A stretch of 64,000 nt of DNA, taken from contig CAIYBN010000039.1 of NCBI GenBank assembly GCA_903924465.1, positions 14,256 through 78,255 on the forward strand. The letters are read 5' to 3'. The stretch is from an uncultured Myxococcales bacterium (GTDB lineage Bacteria > Myxococcota_A > UBA9042). Below the pieces are notes generated by a model. It searched no databases. It was not told where the DNA came from and saw nothing but the letters and a program-made list of their open reading frames with translations. Both the position numbers and the translations under genes were made by a program. Every line of letters starts with the position of its first letter. The stretch's first letter is position 1. This document shows positions 1-9,104 of this stretch, one piece after another.

Positions 1-537
1 GAACTCCGGCGGCGGCGCCCGGATCTGGCGCAATTGCTGTTTCAGCCGCTGGCCATGGATCGACGTGGCGAGGTGCCGCCGGGCGGCAAGCCTTACTTTG
101 AAATCCCGATCTTTCACTGGTTTGCCGGACAGTTCAGCGCGTTCTATCAGCGCCAGTACTTCGACTCTGCACAGCGCTTTGCGGACGCACCGCGACTGAC
201 CGCGGAGCACGTGGCGGCTTTGGATTTCCTGGACAGCCTGATGGAGGAGCCACACCAGCAGTTCACGATGTCCCTCACCCCAGGCGACCTGCAATTTGTC
301 AACAACCACACGATCTTGCACGACAGGACCGCGTTTGACGACTGGCCGAATCCGCAGCGACGGCGGCATCTGTTGCGGCTTTGGCTTGCGCCGATCGATG
401 CCCGCCCCCTGCCGCCGGTCTTCGCGCTGCGCTACGGCAGCGTGGAACTGGGCAAACGAGGTGGGGTGGCGATGCCGGAATCTGGCGGCGTGATGCCGCT
501 GCCAGCCGAGGGCAGCGACTTCCCGAAAGCACCGTAG
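1..537 (+). CDS. TauD/TfdA-family Fe(II)/2-oxoglutarate dioxygenase, 5'-truncated by window edge
   Basis: Frame open from base 1. C-terminal motif L-x-PGDLQFVNNHTILHDRTAF...RHLLRLWL is typical of the TauD/clavaminate synthase-like family. Confidence 0.85.
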   Translation, partial: ELRRRRPDLAQLLFQPLAMDRRGEVPPGGKPYFEIPIFHWFAGQFSAFYQRQYFDSAQRFADAPRLTAEHVAALDFLDSLMEEPHQQFTMSLTPGDLQFVNNHTILHDRTAFDDWPNPQRRRHLLRLWLAPIDARPLPPVFALRYGSVELGKRGGVAMPESGGVMPLPAEGSDFPKAP

Positions 538-729
538 GTCGCCGACAAGCATCTGACCCTCTCCATCTGTCGTGGACGACGACGTGATGCTGATGGGTGG
601 TGGCGCGCGACACACCCGCCAATACCACCTACGCCACTGCGTTTCCTGCCACCAGAGACCACCCGGCAACACCAACGGGCGGCCCGGCGCGAAGGGCGAC
701 GAACGCCCGAGCCTCAATCGCCACTGGAC

Positions 730-747
730 ACTGAACGTATGTTCAGT
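730..747. promoter_or_regulatory. LexA (SOS) operator, Myxococcus-type, inside a sigma70-like promoter
   Basis: Perfect inverted repeat ACTGAAC-GTAT-GTTCAGT, close to the M. xanthus LexA consensus (CTRHAMRYBYGTTCAGS). It lies between TGGACA (725-730) and TATCCT (747-752), directly upstream of imuA. Confidence 0.85.
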
Positions 748-759
748 ATCCTGTCCTGT

Positions 760-1449
760 ATGAAACCCCTGCCCAATCACCTCACCGTCCAGCAAACCCT
801 TCGGCAATTCACGACGTTGGCGGATCTGGATCGGGCGCGGCGTCCTGCGCAACAGCGGCTGGATTGGCCAGATCTGGTCGGCCGGTTGGTGGAAGTGGTG
901 GGCGGGCCGCGATCGCTACAGTTGGCGTGGCTGGCACAGCTGACAACGCAGGTGCAGGCGGCGGGCGACGTTGCCGTTTGGCTGCAGACCATGGAAAGTA
1001 CGCCGTTTCCTCCGGATCTGCAGCAAGCTGGCGTCGCACTGGATCGACTGCCGATGCTGCGGCTGACGGATTTCCGGGCACAACTGCGCGCGGCGGATGT
1101 GCTGCTGCGCTCCGGTGCTTTTGGCCTGTGCGCGATCGATGCCACGGCGGCGAATCAGCGGGCGCTGGATGCCTCGCGTTCGCTGGACAATGCGCTGGGC
1201 CGGCTGTTGGGACTGTGTCAAAAGCACACTTCGGCGCTGGTCTTTTTGACACCTGAGCCTCAAGAGGCCATGGCCCAGCAGGAAAACGCTGGTTTTTTGC
1301 AAACATCGCTTGTTTCCCTGCGTCTGGCGGTGGCGCGCGATCGCGAGGAGCCGCGGCGACTGCGGCTGGAGGTAAAAAAGGACAAGCGGCGTGGCCCGGC
1401 AACGCTGCGAACTGAAGTCCGTGGAGGACCGGATGGCTTTCTCCTCTGA
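760..1449 (+). CDS. imuA: ImuA-like RecA-fold accessory protein of the SOS mutagenesis cassette
   Basis: RecA-like segments (GRLVEVVG, FPPDLQQAGVALDRL, ADVLLRSGAFGLCAID, LEVKKDKR) with a degenerate Walker A; first gene before imuB-dnaE2. ATG 760 preferred because ATG 739 lies inside the operator. Confidence 0.85.
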   Translation: MKPLPNHLTVQQTLRQFTTLADLDRARRPAQQRLDWPDLVGRLVEVVGGPRSLQLAWLAQLTTQVQAAGDVAVWLQTMESTPFPPDLQQAGVALDRLPMLRLTDFRAQLRAADVLLRSGAFGLCAIDATAANQRALDASRSLDNALGRLLGLCQKHTSALVFLTPEPQEAMAQQENAGFLQTSLVSLRLAVARDREEPRRLRLEVKKDKRRGPATLRTEVRGGPDGFLL

Positions 1450-3016
1450 TGACCAGCGCTTGTGCTGCGTCGATGTCCCGGCGTTGCCGCTGCAATGCCT
1501 GGTGCGGCGTGAACCGGAACTGGCGACCTTGCCCGCGGTGATTGTCGACGAGCTGCATCCAAACGGCATCGTGCTGTGGACGAACCGTGCCGCGCGCCAC
1601 GCGGGGGTGCACACGGGCGCGCGCTACGGTCATGCGCTCAGCCTGTGTGCGCAGCTGCGCGCGGGGCTGGTGCCGGATGCGGAACAGCAGGCGGCGATCA
1701 CCGATATCGCCGAATTGCTGCGAACCTTCACGCCGCTGGTTGAGCCCGCGCGTCAGGAGCCCGGTGTGTTCTGGCTGGATGCCAATGGTCTCGGGCGTTT
1801 TTACCCGGACCTGCCGCTGCCGGACATCCACGCGCGCTGGAGTGAGGCGATGCGCCAAGCGCTGCGCGATGCCGGCTGGCACGCCGCGGTGGTGCTGGGC
1901 TTTGACCGGCTGGCGACGTACGCGATCGCCCGGCATTTCCGCGGTGTGCGGGTCCTGCTCGACCCGGTGGAGGAGGCGCAAACCAGCGCACGCGTGCATC
2001 TGGCGAGCTTGGGCTCGACCTGGGGTATTGCGCCGAAACTGCGCGATGAATTGGCGCGACTGGGCGTGGCGACGCTGGGCGATCTGGCCAAGCTGCCGGA
2101 GACGGCGCTGCGCGAGCGCATGGGCCTGCAAGTGGCGATGCTGCGTCGGCGGCTGGCCCATGACGTGCCGATGCCGCTGGCCGCCGAACTGCCGGTGCCC
2201 AAGCCCGTGGCGGCGCGCGATTTCGAGCCGCCGGACAACAACGCCGAGCGCTTGCTGTTTGCCGCCAAGGGGCTGCTCGGGCAGTTGCTGCCGCTGCTGG
2301 TGGCGCAGCGTCAGGCGGTGGCCAAGCTGGAGTTGTTGCTGGTGCTGGACACGAACTCGGCAGTCAGCCAGCCGCTGTGGCTACAACCGGCCGAGCCGAC
2401 GCTTCACGAGCTGCAACTGCTGGACCTGGTGCGTCTGGCGCTGGATCGCGCGCCGCTGGCCGGTGCGGTCAAGACGCTGCGGCTGGAACTGCACGGTGTG
2501 CCGGCCACTGCGGAACAGCTGGCGCTCTGGCGGCTGCAAGGTCAGCGGGATCCGCACGCGGCGGCTTTGGCCCTGGCGCGGTTGCGGGCGCTGTTCGGCG
2601 AGGACGCGGTGGTGGCGGCGACGCTGCGATCGGCGTGGTTGCCGGAAGGCCAGTTTGCCTGGCAGCCGCTCCACAAGTTGCAGATTCACGGCACGGCCAA
2701 ACCGCAGGAGCCAGCGAATGTGCTCCGTCTGCCACAGCAGCCGCAGTTGCGTCTGGTGCGCCGCCTGCTCAGCCAGCCCGCGCGCTTGCCGCCCAAGCCC
2801 AGCAACAACCGCCCTTGGCGCCTCGCGCCCTTTCGCCCTGAGACCGTGGTGCATTTTGACGGTCCCTATCGCCTGGCCGGCGGCTGGTGGCGGTCGATGA
2901 GCCAGACCGACCGCTGCCGTGACTACGGCTACGCCACCACGGATCGCGGCACGGTACTGTGGGTTTTCCACGAGCCCGCGCGCGGCGCCTGGTTCTGCCA
3001 TGGCTTTCTGGAATGA
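1433..3016 (+). CDS. imuB: ImuB, catalytically inactive Y-family polymerase
   Basis: Y-family N-terminus (LCCVDVPALPLQ, ARHAGVHTG, FTPLVE..PGVFWLDA) and ImuB C-terminus (GPYRLAGGWW...RDY...WVF...WFCHG). GGAGG at 1423-1427 precedes ATG 1433; overlaps both neighbours. Confidence 0.9.
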   Translation: MAFSSDDQRLCCVDVPALPLQCLVRREPELATLPAVIVDELHPNGIVLWTNRAARHAGVHTGARYGHALSLCAQLRAGLVPDAEQQAAITDIAELLRTFTPLVEPARQEPGVFWLDANGLGRFYPDLPLPDIHARWSEAMRQALRDAGWHAAVVLGFDRLATYAIARHFRGVRVLLDPVEEAQTSARVHLASLGSTWGIAPKLRDELARLGVATLGDLAKLPETALRERMGLQVAMLRRRLAHDVPMPLAAELPVPKPVAARDFEPPDNNAERLLFAAKGLLGQLLPLLVAQRQAVAKLELLLVLDTNSAVSQPLWLQPAEPTLHELQLLDLVRLALDRAPLAGAVKTLRLELHGVPATAEQLALWRLQGQRDPHAAALALARLRALFGEDAVVAATLRSAWLPEGQFAWQPLHKLQIHGTAKPQEPANVLRLPQQPQLRLVRRLLSQPARLPPKPSNNRPWRLAPFRPETVVHFDGPYRLAGGWWRSMSQTDRCRDYGYATTDRGTVLWVFHEPARGAWFCHGFLE

Positions 3017-6000
3017 CCCAGCCGTACGTGCCCCTCTGGGTCAAAACCCACTTTAGCTTTTTGGAAGGCGCGTCGCGGCCCGACGAACTGGTCGAACGCA
3101 CCCATGCGCTCGGGCTACCTGCGTTGGCCATCACCGATCGCGACGGCGTACCGGGAATCGTCCGCGCCCATGAAGCCGCAAAGGATTTCGGCCTGAAGCT
3201 GCTGTTTGGCTCGCAACTGACCGTGACACACACGCTGCCCGACGCACCGCTGCTGCTGCCGGAGCAGATCGCCGCGACCCAACCGATGACACCGGTGCTG
3301 CTGGCGATGAACCGTCAGGGCTACGGCAACCTGTGCCGTTTGGCGACGCTGGGACGGCGGCGGTGCCAGAAGGGTGGGTCGTTGAACAGTTGGCAGGAGC
3401 TCGCCACGCACGCCGACGGCCTGCTGCTGCTGCTGCACCAGCCACCCGACGATCTGCGCGCGCCGTGGCTGCAGGACCTGGCCGCAGCCTTTGGGGATCG
3501 CGCCTACGGCCTGTGCGCGCGCCACGGCGAGGAGGTGGACAAGCCGCGCGAACGGCAGATGCGTCGGCTTTTGCAGCATTTTGGCTGGCCCGGCGTGGCG
3601 GGGCGCGAAGTGCTGTACCACGATGCCGCGCGCCGACGGCTGCAGGACGTGCTGACGTGCATCCGTCTCGGCCTGACGCTGGACAGCGCCGGACAGCAGC
3701 TGAAACCGAACGCGGCGCACGATTTGCTGCCGCCCGACGACTTCGCCCGCCTGTTTGCCGATGAGCCGACGTGGCTGCGTGAAACGCTGAACATTGCCGA
3801 TCGCTGCCATTTCTCGCTGGCCGAGCTGCGCTACGTCTATCCGCTGGCGCGGCTGCCGGACGGCACGACGACGGCGCAGCACTTTGAACGGCTGACCTGG
3901 CAAGGTGCGGCATGGCGCTATCCGCAAGGCATTCCCGAGGATGTGCGGGCGCAACTGAACAAGGAGCTCGCGCTGATTCACCAGCTGGATTATGCAGGCT
4001 ATTTCCTGACGATGTGGGAGATCGTGCAGTTCTGCAACAAGTCGGGGATTCTCTGCCAAGGGCGTGGATCCGCGGCGAATTCCGCGGTGTGCTATGTGCT
4101 GGGTATCACAGCCATCGATCCGGTGCGCATGGGCCTGCTGTTTGAGCGTTTCCTGTCGCTCGAGCGCGCGGAGCCGCCGGACATCGATCTCGACATCGAG
4201 CACGAACGGCGCGAGGAGGTGATTCAGCACGTCTACGGCCGCTACGATCCGCTGCATCCGGCGGGCCAAAACGCAGACGATCCGGCGGCTTGTGTCCAGA
4301 CCGGCCGTTCGCACGCGGCGATGGTCTGCAACGTCATCCGCTTTCGCGGCAAGTCGGCGATTCGCGAGGTCGGCAAGGTGCTGGGCATTCCGGAGACGGA
4401 TCTGGACCGCGCGTCGCGTTTTGTCTCGTCGTGGGGCGAGGACATCGACGCCGCGCAGCTGAAAACGGCGGGCTTTGCCCTGGAGTCGCAATCACACCGG
4501 CTGCTGCTGGAGCTGGCCAATGAGATCCAGGATTTTCCGCGGCATCTGGGCATTCATCCCGGCGGTTTCCTGCTCGGTCACGAGCCGATCGACACCCTGG
4601 TGCCGATCGAGAACGCCACGATGGAGGCGCGCACCGTCATCCAGTGGGACAAAAACGACGTGGAGGCGCTGGGGCTGTTCAAGGTCGACCTGCTGGGTCT
4701 GGGCATGCTGAGCCAAGTGCACCGCTGTCTGGACCTGCTCCAGCAGACCAAGGGGCTGGAGCTGACGATGGCGACGATTCCGGCGGAGGATCCGGCGACG
4801 TACCAGATGATCAGCCGCGGCGACACGGTGGGCGTGTTCCAAATCGAGAGCCGCGCGCAGATGGCGATGCTGCCGCGCCTGCAACCGCGGACGTTCTACG
4901 ATTTGGTGGTGGAAGTGGCGATCGTCCGGCCGGGGCCGATCACCGGCGGCATGGTGCATCCGTACCTGCGGCGGCGCCAGGGCAAGGAACCTGTCGCGTA
5001 CCCGCACGCGTGCCTGGAGCCCGTGCTGGCCAAGACGCTCGGTGTGCCGCTGTTTCAGGAGCAGGTCATGCGGCTGGCGATGGTCGCGGCGGACTACACG
5101 CCGGGCGAGGCGGACCAGTTGCGTCGGGACATGGCGGCGTGGAAGAAATCGGGCGCGATCGAGAAGCACCACGAGAAGCTGACAACGCGGATGGTGCAGA
5201 AGGGCATCGCGGTCGAATTTGCCGAGCGTGTGTTCCAGCAAATCCGCGGTTTTGGCGAATACGGCTTTCCAGAATCGCATGCCGCGTCCTTCGCGCTGAT
5301 TTCCTACATCACCGCGTGGCTCAAATGCCATCATCTTGCGGAGTTCACGTGCGCGCTGCTGAACGCTTGGCCCATGGGATTCTACACGCCAGCGACGATC
5401 GTCGAGGACGCCAAACGCCATGGTTTGCGGATCCTGCCGATCGACGTGCAACGTTCCACGTGGGAATGCAGGATGGAGGGGCAAGCCGTGCGCATGGGCC
5501 TCAAGTTTGTCCACGGCCTGACCGTGCTGCACCGCGCGCGGCTGGAAATGGCACCTGCGCCGTTTGCCAGTCTGGACGATTTTGTGCGGCGCACGCGGCT
5601 GGACAAGAAAGCCCTCGATGCACTGGCGGAGGTCGGCGCACTCGACGGCCTCTCCGCGGATCGCCGCCAGGCCCTGTGGCAAGTGCGCGCGTTGGCACAT
5701 CGTTCCCGGGAACCGCTGCTGCTGCCGCAGGATGAAACGCTGCCGCTGTTTGCGCCGCTGGGGCTGGCTGGCACCATCGGCTGGGACTACCGGCGCAGCG
5801 GCCTGTCGACGCGTGGTCATCCCCTGTCGCCCTTGCGACCCGCACTGGAGGAGCGGCGTCTGCCGACCGCGCGCGACATCCACAAGATGCGCAACGGCAA
5901 GCGCGTGCGTTTTGTCGGTCTGGTCATTTGCCGCCAAAGCCCCGGCACCGCCAGCGGCGTCACCTTCTTCACGCTGGAGGACGAGACCGGTCTGTGCAAC

Positions 6001-6180
6001 CTGGTGGTCTGGAAGGACATCATGCAACGCTTCCGCGTACTGGCCCGAACCTCCAGCCTGCTCGGCGTCACCGGCCACATCCAAGCTGAAGACGGCGTGG
6101 TCCACCTGATCGCAGACACGCTCTGGACCCCAGAAATCACCCAAACCGTGACTGCACCACGCAGCCGCGATTTTCACTAA
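3013..6180 (+). CDS. dnaE2: Error-prone DNA polymerase DnaE2 (ImuC)
   Basis: PHP domain (HFSFLEGAS, ALAITDRDG), GRGSAANS, catalytic PPDIDLD, YGFPESHA, OB fold and the DnaE2-specific C-terminal SRDFH. ATGA overlap with imuB. Confidence 0.97.
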   Translation: MTQPYVPLWVKTHFSFLEGASRPDELVERTHALGLPALAITDRDGVPGIVRAHEAAKDFGLKLLFGSQLTVTHTLPDAPLLLPEQIAATQPMTPVLLAMNRQGYGNLCRLATLGRRRCQKGGSLNSWQELATHADGLLLLLHQPPDDLRAPWLQDLAAAFGDRAYGLCARHGEEVDKPRERQMRRLLQHFGWPGVAGREVLYHDAARRRLQDVLTCIRLGLTLDSAGQQLKPNAAHDLLPPDDFARLFADEPTWLRETLNIADRCHFSLAELRYVYPLARLPDGTTTAQHFERLTWQGAAWRYPQGIPEDVRAQLNKELALIHQLDYAGYFLTMWEIVQFCNKSGILCQGRGSAANSAVCYVLGITAIDPVRMGLLFERFLSLERAEPPDIDLDIEHERREEVIQHVYGRYDPLHPAGQNADDPAACVQTGRSHAAMVCNVIRFRGKSAIREVGKVLGIPETDLDRASRFVSSWGEDIDAAQLKTAGFALESQSHRLLLELANEIQDFPRHLGIHPGGFLLGHEPIDTLVPIENATMEARTVIQWDKNDVEALGLFKVDLLGLGMLSQVHRCLDLLQQTKGLELTMATIPAEDPATYQMISRGDTVGVFQIESRAQMAMLPRLQPRTFYDLVVEVAIVRPGPITGGMVHPYLRRRQGKEPVAYPHACLEPVLAKTLGVPLFQEQVMRLAMVAADYTPGEADQLRRDMAAWKKSGAIEKHHEKLTTRMVQKGIAVEFAERVFQQIRGFGEYGFPESHAASFALISYITAWLKCHHLAEFTCALLNAWPMGFYTPATIVEDAKRHGLRILPIDVQRSTWECRMEGQAVRMGLKFVHGLTVLHRARLEMAPAPFASLDDFVRRTRLDKKALDALAEVGALDGLSADRRQALWQVRALAHRSREPLLLPQDETLPLFAPLGLAGTIGWDYRRSGLSTRGHPLSPLRPALEERRLPTARDIHKMRNGKRVRFVGLVICRQSPGTASGVTFFTLEDETGLCNLVVWKDIMQRFRVLARTSSLLGVTGHIQAEDGVVHLIADTLWTPEITQTVTAPRSRDFH

Positions 6181-6294
6181 CCCGGTGTTCACATTCAGTC
6201 CAAATTTCGCAAAATCGCGCCACCACGACCGACTGCTGTCCACTTCCACGGCGTGGCGCGGCGTGAGGGCTCGGAATCCGAGTAAGCACCGTCA

Positions 6295-6308
6295 TTGATT
6301 TGCATCAA
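6295..6308. promoter_or_regulatory. FNR/FixK/Crp-family binding site
   Basis: TTGAT-TTGC-ATCAA, an exact match to TTGAT-N4-ATCAA, 80 bp upstream of the ATPase start. Confidence 0.75.
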
Positions 6309-6387
6309 GCCATGTGCCGACTTTTTTTCTGCGCGTACGCTGCGCGTCGCTTACCTTCACCGTCAGGATGCACGACGAGGGAACACG

Positions 6388-8781
6388 ATGAACTCCGGAT
6401 TGACTGCACAGGAGGCCGCGAGCCGGCTTGCCGCCCAAGGCCGCAACGAGATCCAACGCGAGGAGGCGACTTCGCCGTGGCGGATGCTGGCGGGTCAGTT
6501 CGCCAGTCCAGTGATTTGGCTGCTTTTGGGCGCCTGCGTCATCTCAGCCGCGCTGGGTGAAATCGCGGACGCAATCGCCATCGGCACGATCGTGGTTCTC
6601 AACGCGCTGGTCGGTTTCTTTCAGGAATACCGCGCGGAACGGGCCGTCCTGGCGTTGCGTTCGATGACCGCCCCACGCGCGCGGGTGATGCGCGACACGC
6701 ATCCGTTGATGATCCCGGCGACGGAAGTGGTCGTCGGCGATTTGCTGCTGCTGGAGGCAGGCGACATCGTAGCGGCCGACGCGCACCTGCTGGAGGCCAA
6801 TCGCCTGCAAGCCAACGAAGCGGCGCTGACCGGCGAGAGCGTGCCGAGCGAAAAATCGATCGGTGCGCCCGCGAAAGATGCCCCTCTGGCCGAGCGCCAC
6901 GACGCGGTGTTCATGGGCACCCACATCGCCAACGGCACAGGTAGCGCGGAGGTGACGGCGATCGGCATGGCCACAGAACTGGGCAAAATCGCGCACTTGC
7001 TGGCGACGGCGGAGGCAGGTGAGACGCCGCTGCAGCAGCGCCTGGCCAAGGTCAGCAAAATGCTGCTGTACGTGTGCTTGGGCATCGTCGCGCTGGTAGC
7101 CGGCCTCGGGCTGCTGCGTGGGCTGGGGCTGTTCGAGGTGTTCCTCTCAGCGGTGTCGCTCGCGGTGGCGGCTGTGCCGGAAGGGCTACCGGCGATTGTC
7201 ACGATTGCGTTGGCGATCGGCGTGCAGCGGATGGTGTCGCGCCACGTGCTGGTGCGCAAACTGCCTGCGGTGGAGACGTTGGGCTGCGCGACGATTATTT
7301 GCACAGACAAAACAGGTACTTTGACGACAGGCGTGATGACGGTGCGCGAGCTGTGGGGACCGGACGAGCAGAAGCTGCTGGCAGCTGGCGCGGCGAATTG
7401 CGATGCGGAACTGTCGGCGGACGGGCTGACCGGCATCGGTGACACAACGGAAGTGGCCATTTTGCTGGCGGCGGCGGTGCGTGGCGTCCAGCGGGCGCAG
7501 ATTGAGAAGTCGAATCAGCGTGTTTCGGTCAACCCATTCGACTCCACGCGCAAGTGCATGTCGATCCTGCGGGCGGATGGCGTGCTCTACGTCAAGGGTG
7601 CGGTCGAAATCGTGCTGGCCCGGTGCACGGCCGGGACGGACAGCGCGATGGCAGCGAATGCACAAATGGCGGGGCGTGGACTGCGCGTCCTGGCGGTGGC
7701 GATTGGCCATAGCGCGGCGGAGGAGAATCTGCAACTCGTCGGTTTGATTGGGATTGCCGATCCGCCGCGCACGGAGGCGATCGAAGCGGTGAAGGCGGCG
7801 CGCGCGGCGGGTATTCGGACCGTGATGGTGACTGGCGACCATCCCAGCACCGCGCTGGCCATCGCGCGGGAGATGGGCATCGTGGATCCCGACGAAGCAC
7901 CGGAGGAATTCGTCCACGCGCGTGCCACGCCCGAGGACAAGCTGCGGATTGTCCGGGACTTGAAAGTCAAAGGCGCCATCGTCGCCATGACCGGCGACGG
8001 TGTGAACGACGCGCCCGCCTTGCGTGAGGCCCACATCGGCATCTGCATGGGCCAGACCGGCACCGAAGTCACGCGCGAGGCCGCGGACATGGTGCTCACG
8101 GACGACAATTTCGCCAGCATTGTCGCGGCGATCCGCGAAGGGCGCGGCATCTTCGACAACATCCGCAAGGCGCTCGTCTACCTGTTGTCCGGCAATTCGG
8201 GCGAGCTGGCTGTCATGCTGTTCGCTTCGATCCTCGGCCTGCCGCTACCGCTTTTGCCGCTGCACTTGCTGTGGATCAACCTGGTCACGGATGGTTTTCC
8301 GGCGCTGGCGCTGGTGATGGAGCCCACCGACCCGGACGTGATGAACCAGCCGCCGCGTCGTCCCGACGAGCCGATGCTGGGCCGGCCGGAGTGGACCACG
8401 ATTGCCCTGACCGGTGTGCTGCAGACCGCGGCCACACTGGGCATTTTCGTCTGGGCGCTACAGAATCGAAACTTGCCGGAGGCGCGCAACCTCGCCTTCT
8501 TCGTTATCGTTTTCGCCGAGTTGTTCCGCTCCTTCGCGTCGCGCAGCAACACCAAGCTGTTCTGGGAAGTCGGCGCGCTTGGCAACCTGACACTGCTGGG
8601 CGTGGTGGCGGTGTCGGTGCTGGCGCAGTTGGCGATTCACCACATCCCGGCCACGCAGCGGCTGTTCCAGATCAGCAGTATTTCCTGGAGCGATGGTGCG
8701 CTGGGGCTGGCCGTGGGGCTGGTGCCCGTCACGGGGCTGGAGCTGGCCAAGCTGGTGCGACGGTTGCGCAAGCGGGCGTGA
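6388..8781 (+). CDS. Cation-transporting P-type ATPase (type IIA, Ca2+-like)
   Basis: LTGES, VPEGL, DKTGTLT phosphorylation motif, MVTGD, TGDGVNDAPAL and LWINLVTDGFPALAL. GAGGG precedes ATG 6388. Confidence 0.95.
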   Translation: MNSGLTAQEAASRLAAQGRNEIQREEATSPWRMLAGQFASPVIWLLLGACVISAALGEIADAIAIGTIVVLNALVGFFQEYRAERAVLALRSMTAPRARVMRDTHPLMIPATEVVVGDLLLLEAGDIVAADAHLLEANRLQANEAALTGESVPSEKSIGAPAKDAPLAERHDAVFMGTHIANGTGSAEVTAIGMATELGKIAHLLATAEAGETPLQQRLAKVSKMLLYVCLGIVALVAGLGLLRGLGLFEVFLSAVSLAVAAVPEGLPAIVTIALAIGVQRMVSRHVLVRKLPAVETLGCATIICTDKTGTLTTGVMTVRELWGPDEQKLLAAGAANCDAELSADGLTGIGDTTEVAILLAAAVRGVQRAQIEKSNQRVSVNPFDSTRKCMSILRADGVLYVKGAVEIVLARCTAGTDSAMAANAQMAGRGLRVLAVAIGHSAAEENLQLVGLIGIADPPRTEAIEAVKAARAAGIRTVMVTGDHPSTALAIAREMGIVDPDEAPEEFVHARATPEDKLRIVRDLKVKGAIVAMTGDGVNDAPALREAHIGICMGQTGTEVTREAADMVLTDDNFASIVAAIREGRGIFDNIRKALVYLLSGNSGELAVMLFASILGLPLPLLPLHLLWINLVTDGFPALALVMEPTDPDVMNQPPRRPDEPMLGRPEWTTIALTGVLQTAATLGIFVWALQNRNLPEARNLAFFVIVFAELFRSFASRSNTKLFWEVGALGNLTLLGVVAVSVLAQLAIHHIPATQRLFQISSISWSDGALGLAVGLVPVTGLELAKLVRRLRKRA

Positions 8782-8838
8782 AGGGATGCGCGCGTCCCCC
8801 ATCCACCCATCGCCCGCAGCGCCGCGAGGTATCCCCAG

Positions 8839-9014
8839 GACAGCCACCACGTGTCCCGGGGACACCTGCGACCTGCCTGCCCGATACCTCCGACCTGTCA
8901 CCCGGACACGTCGGAGCTATCCAGCCGATAGGTCGCACCTATCCACCAGACACCTTCGACCTATCCGCCAGACACCTTCGACCTGTCCAGGTGACAGCTC
9001 CGGCCTATGCCTGG
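8839..9014. repeat. Degenerate tandem array of eight 22-bp units, each GAYA-N9-TRTC-N5
   Basis: Units start at 8839, 8861, 8883, 8905, 8927, 8949, 8971 and 8993, e.g. GACACCTTCGACCTATCCGCCA and GACACCTTCGACCTGTCCAGGT. Period is exact with no indels. Confidence 0.85.
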
Positions 9015-9104
9015 CCGGGCTCGGGCCCAGCGTCGCCACGGGTCTGGCGTTGATCTGCCGCAGTGGGTCTCAGCAGGCGGAATCGACTGGGGCATTGTGC
9101 AGCG

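Noticed and set aside
572-763. 63-aa ORF containing CVSCH (a heme-binding-like motif)
   Set aside because: No signal peptide or clear RBS, and it runs through the imuA promoter; a single CxxCH can arise by chance.
6186-6200. GTTCACATTCAG after dnaE2 as a second LexA site
   Set aside because: Only half-site similarity, with no palindrome.
8839-9014. CRISPR array interpretation of the 22-bp repeats
   Set aside because: No constant repeat alternating with unique 30-40 bp spacers, and no cas genes in the window.
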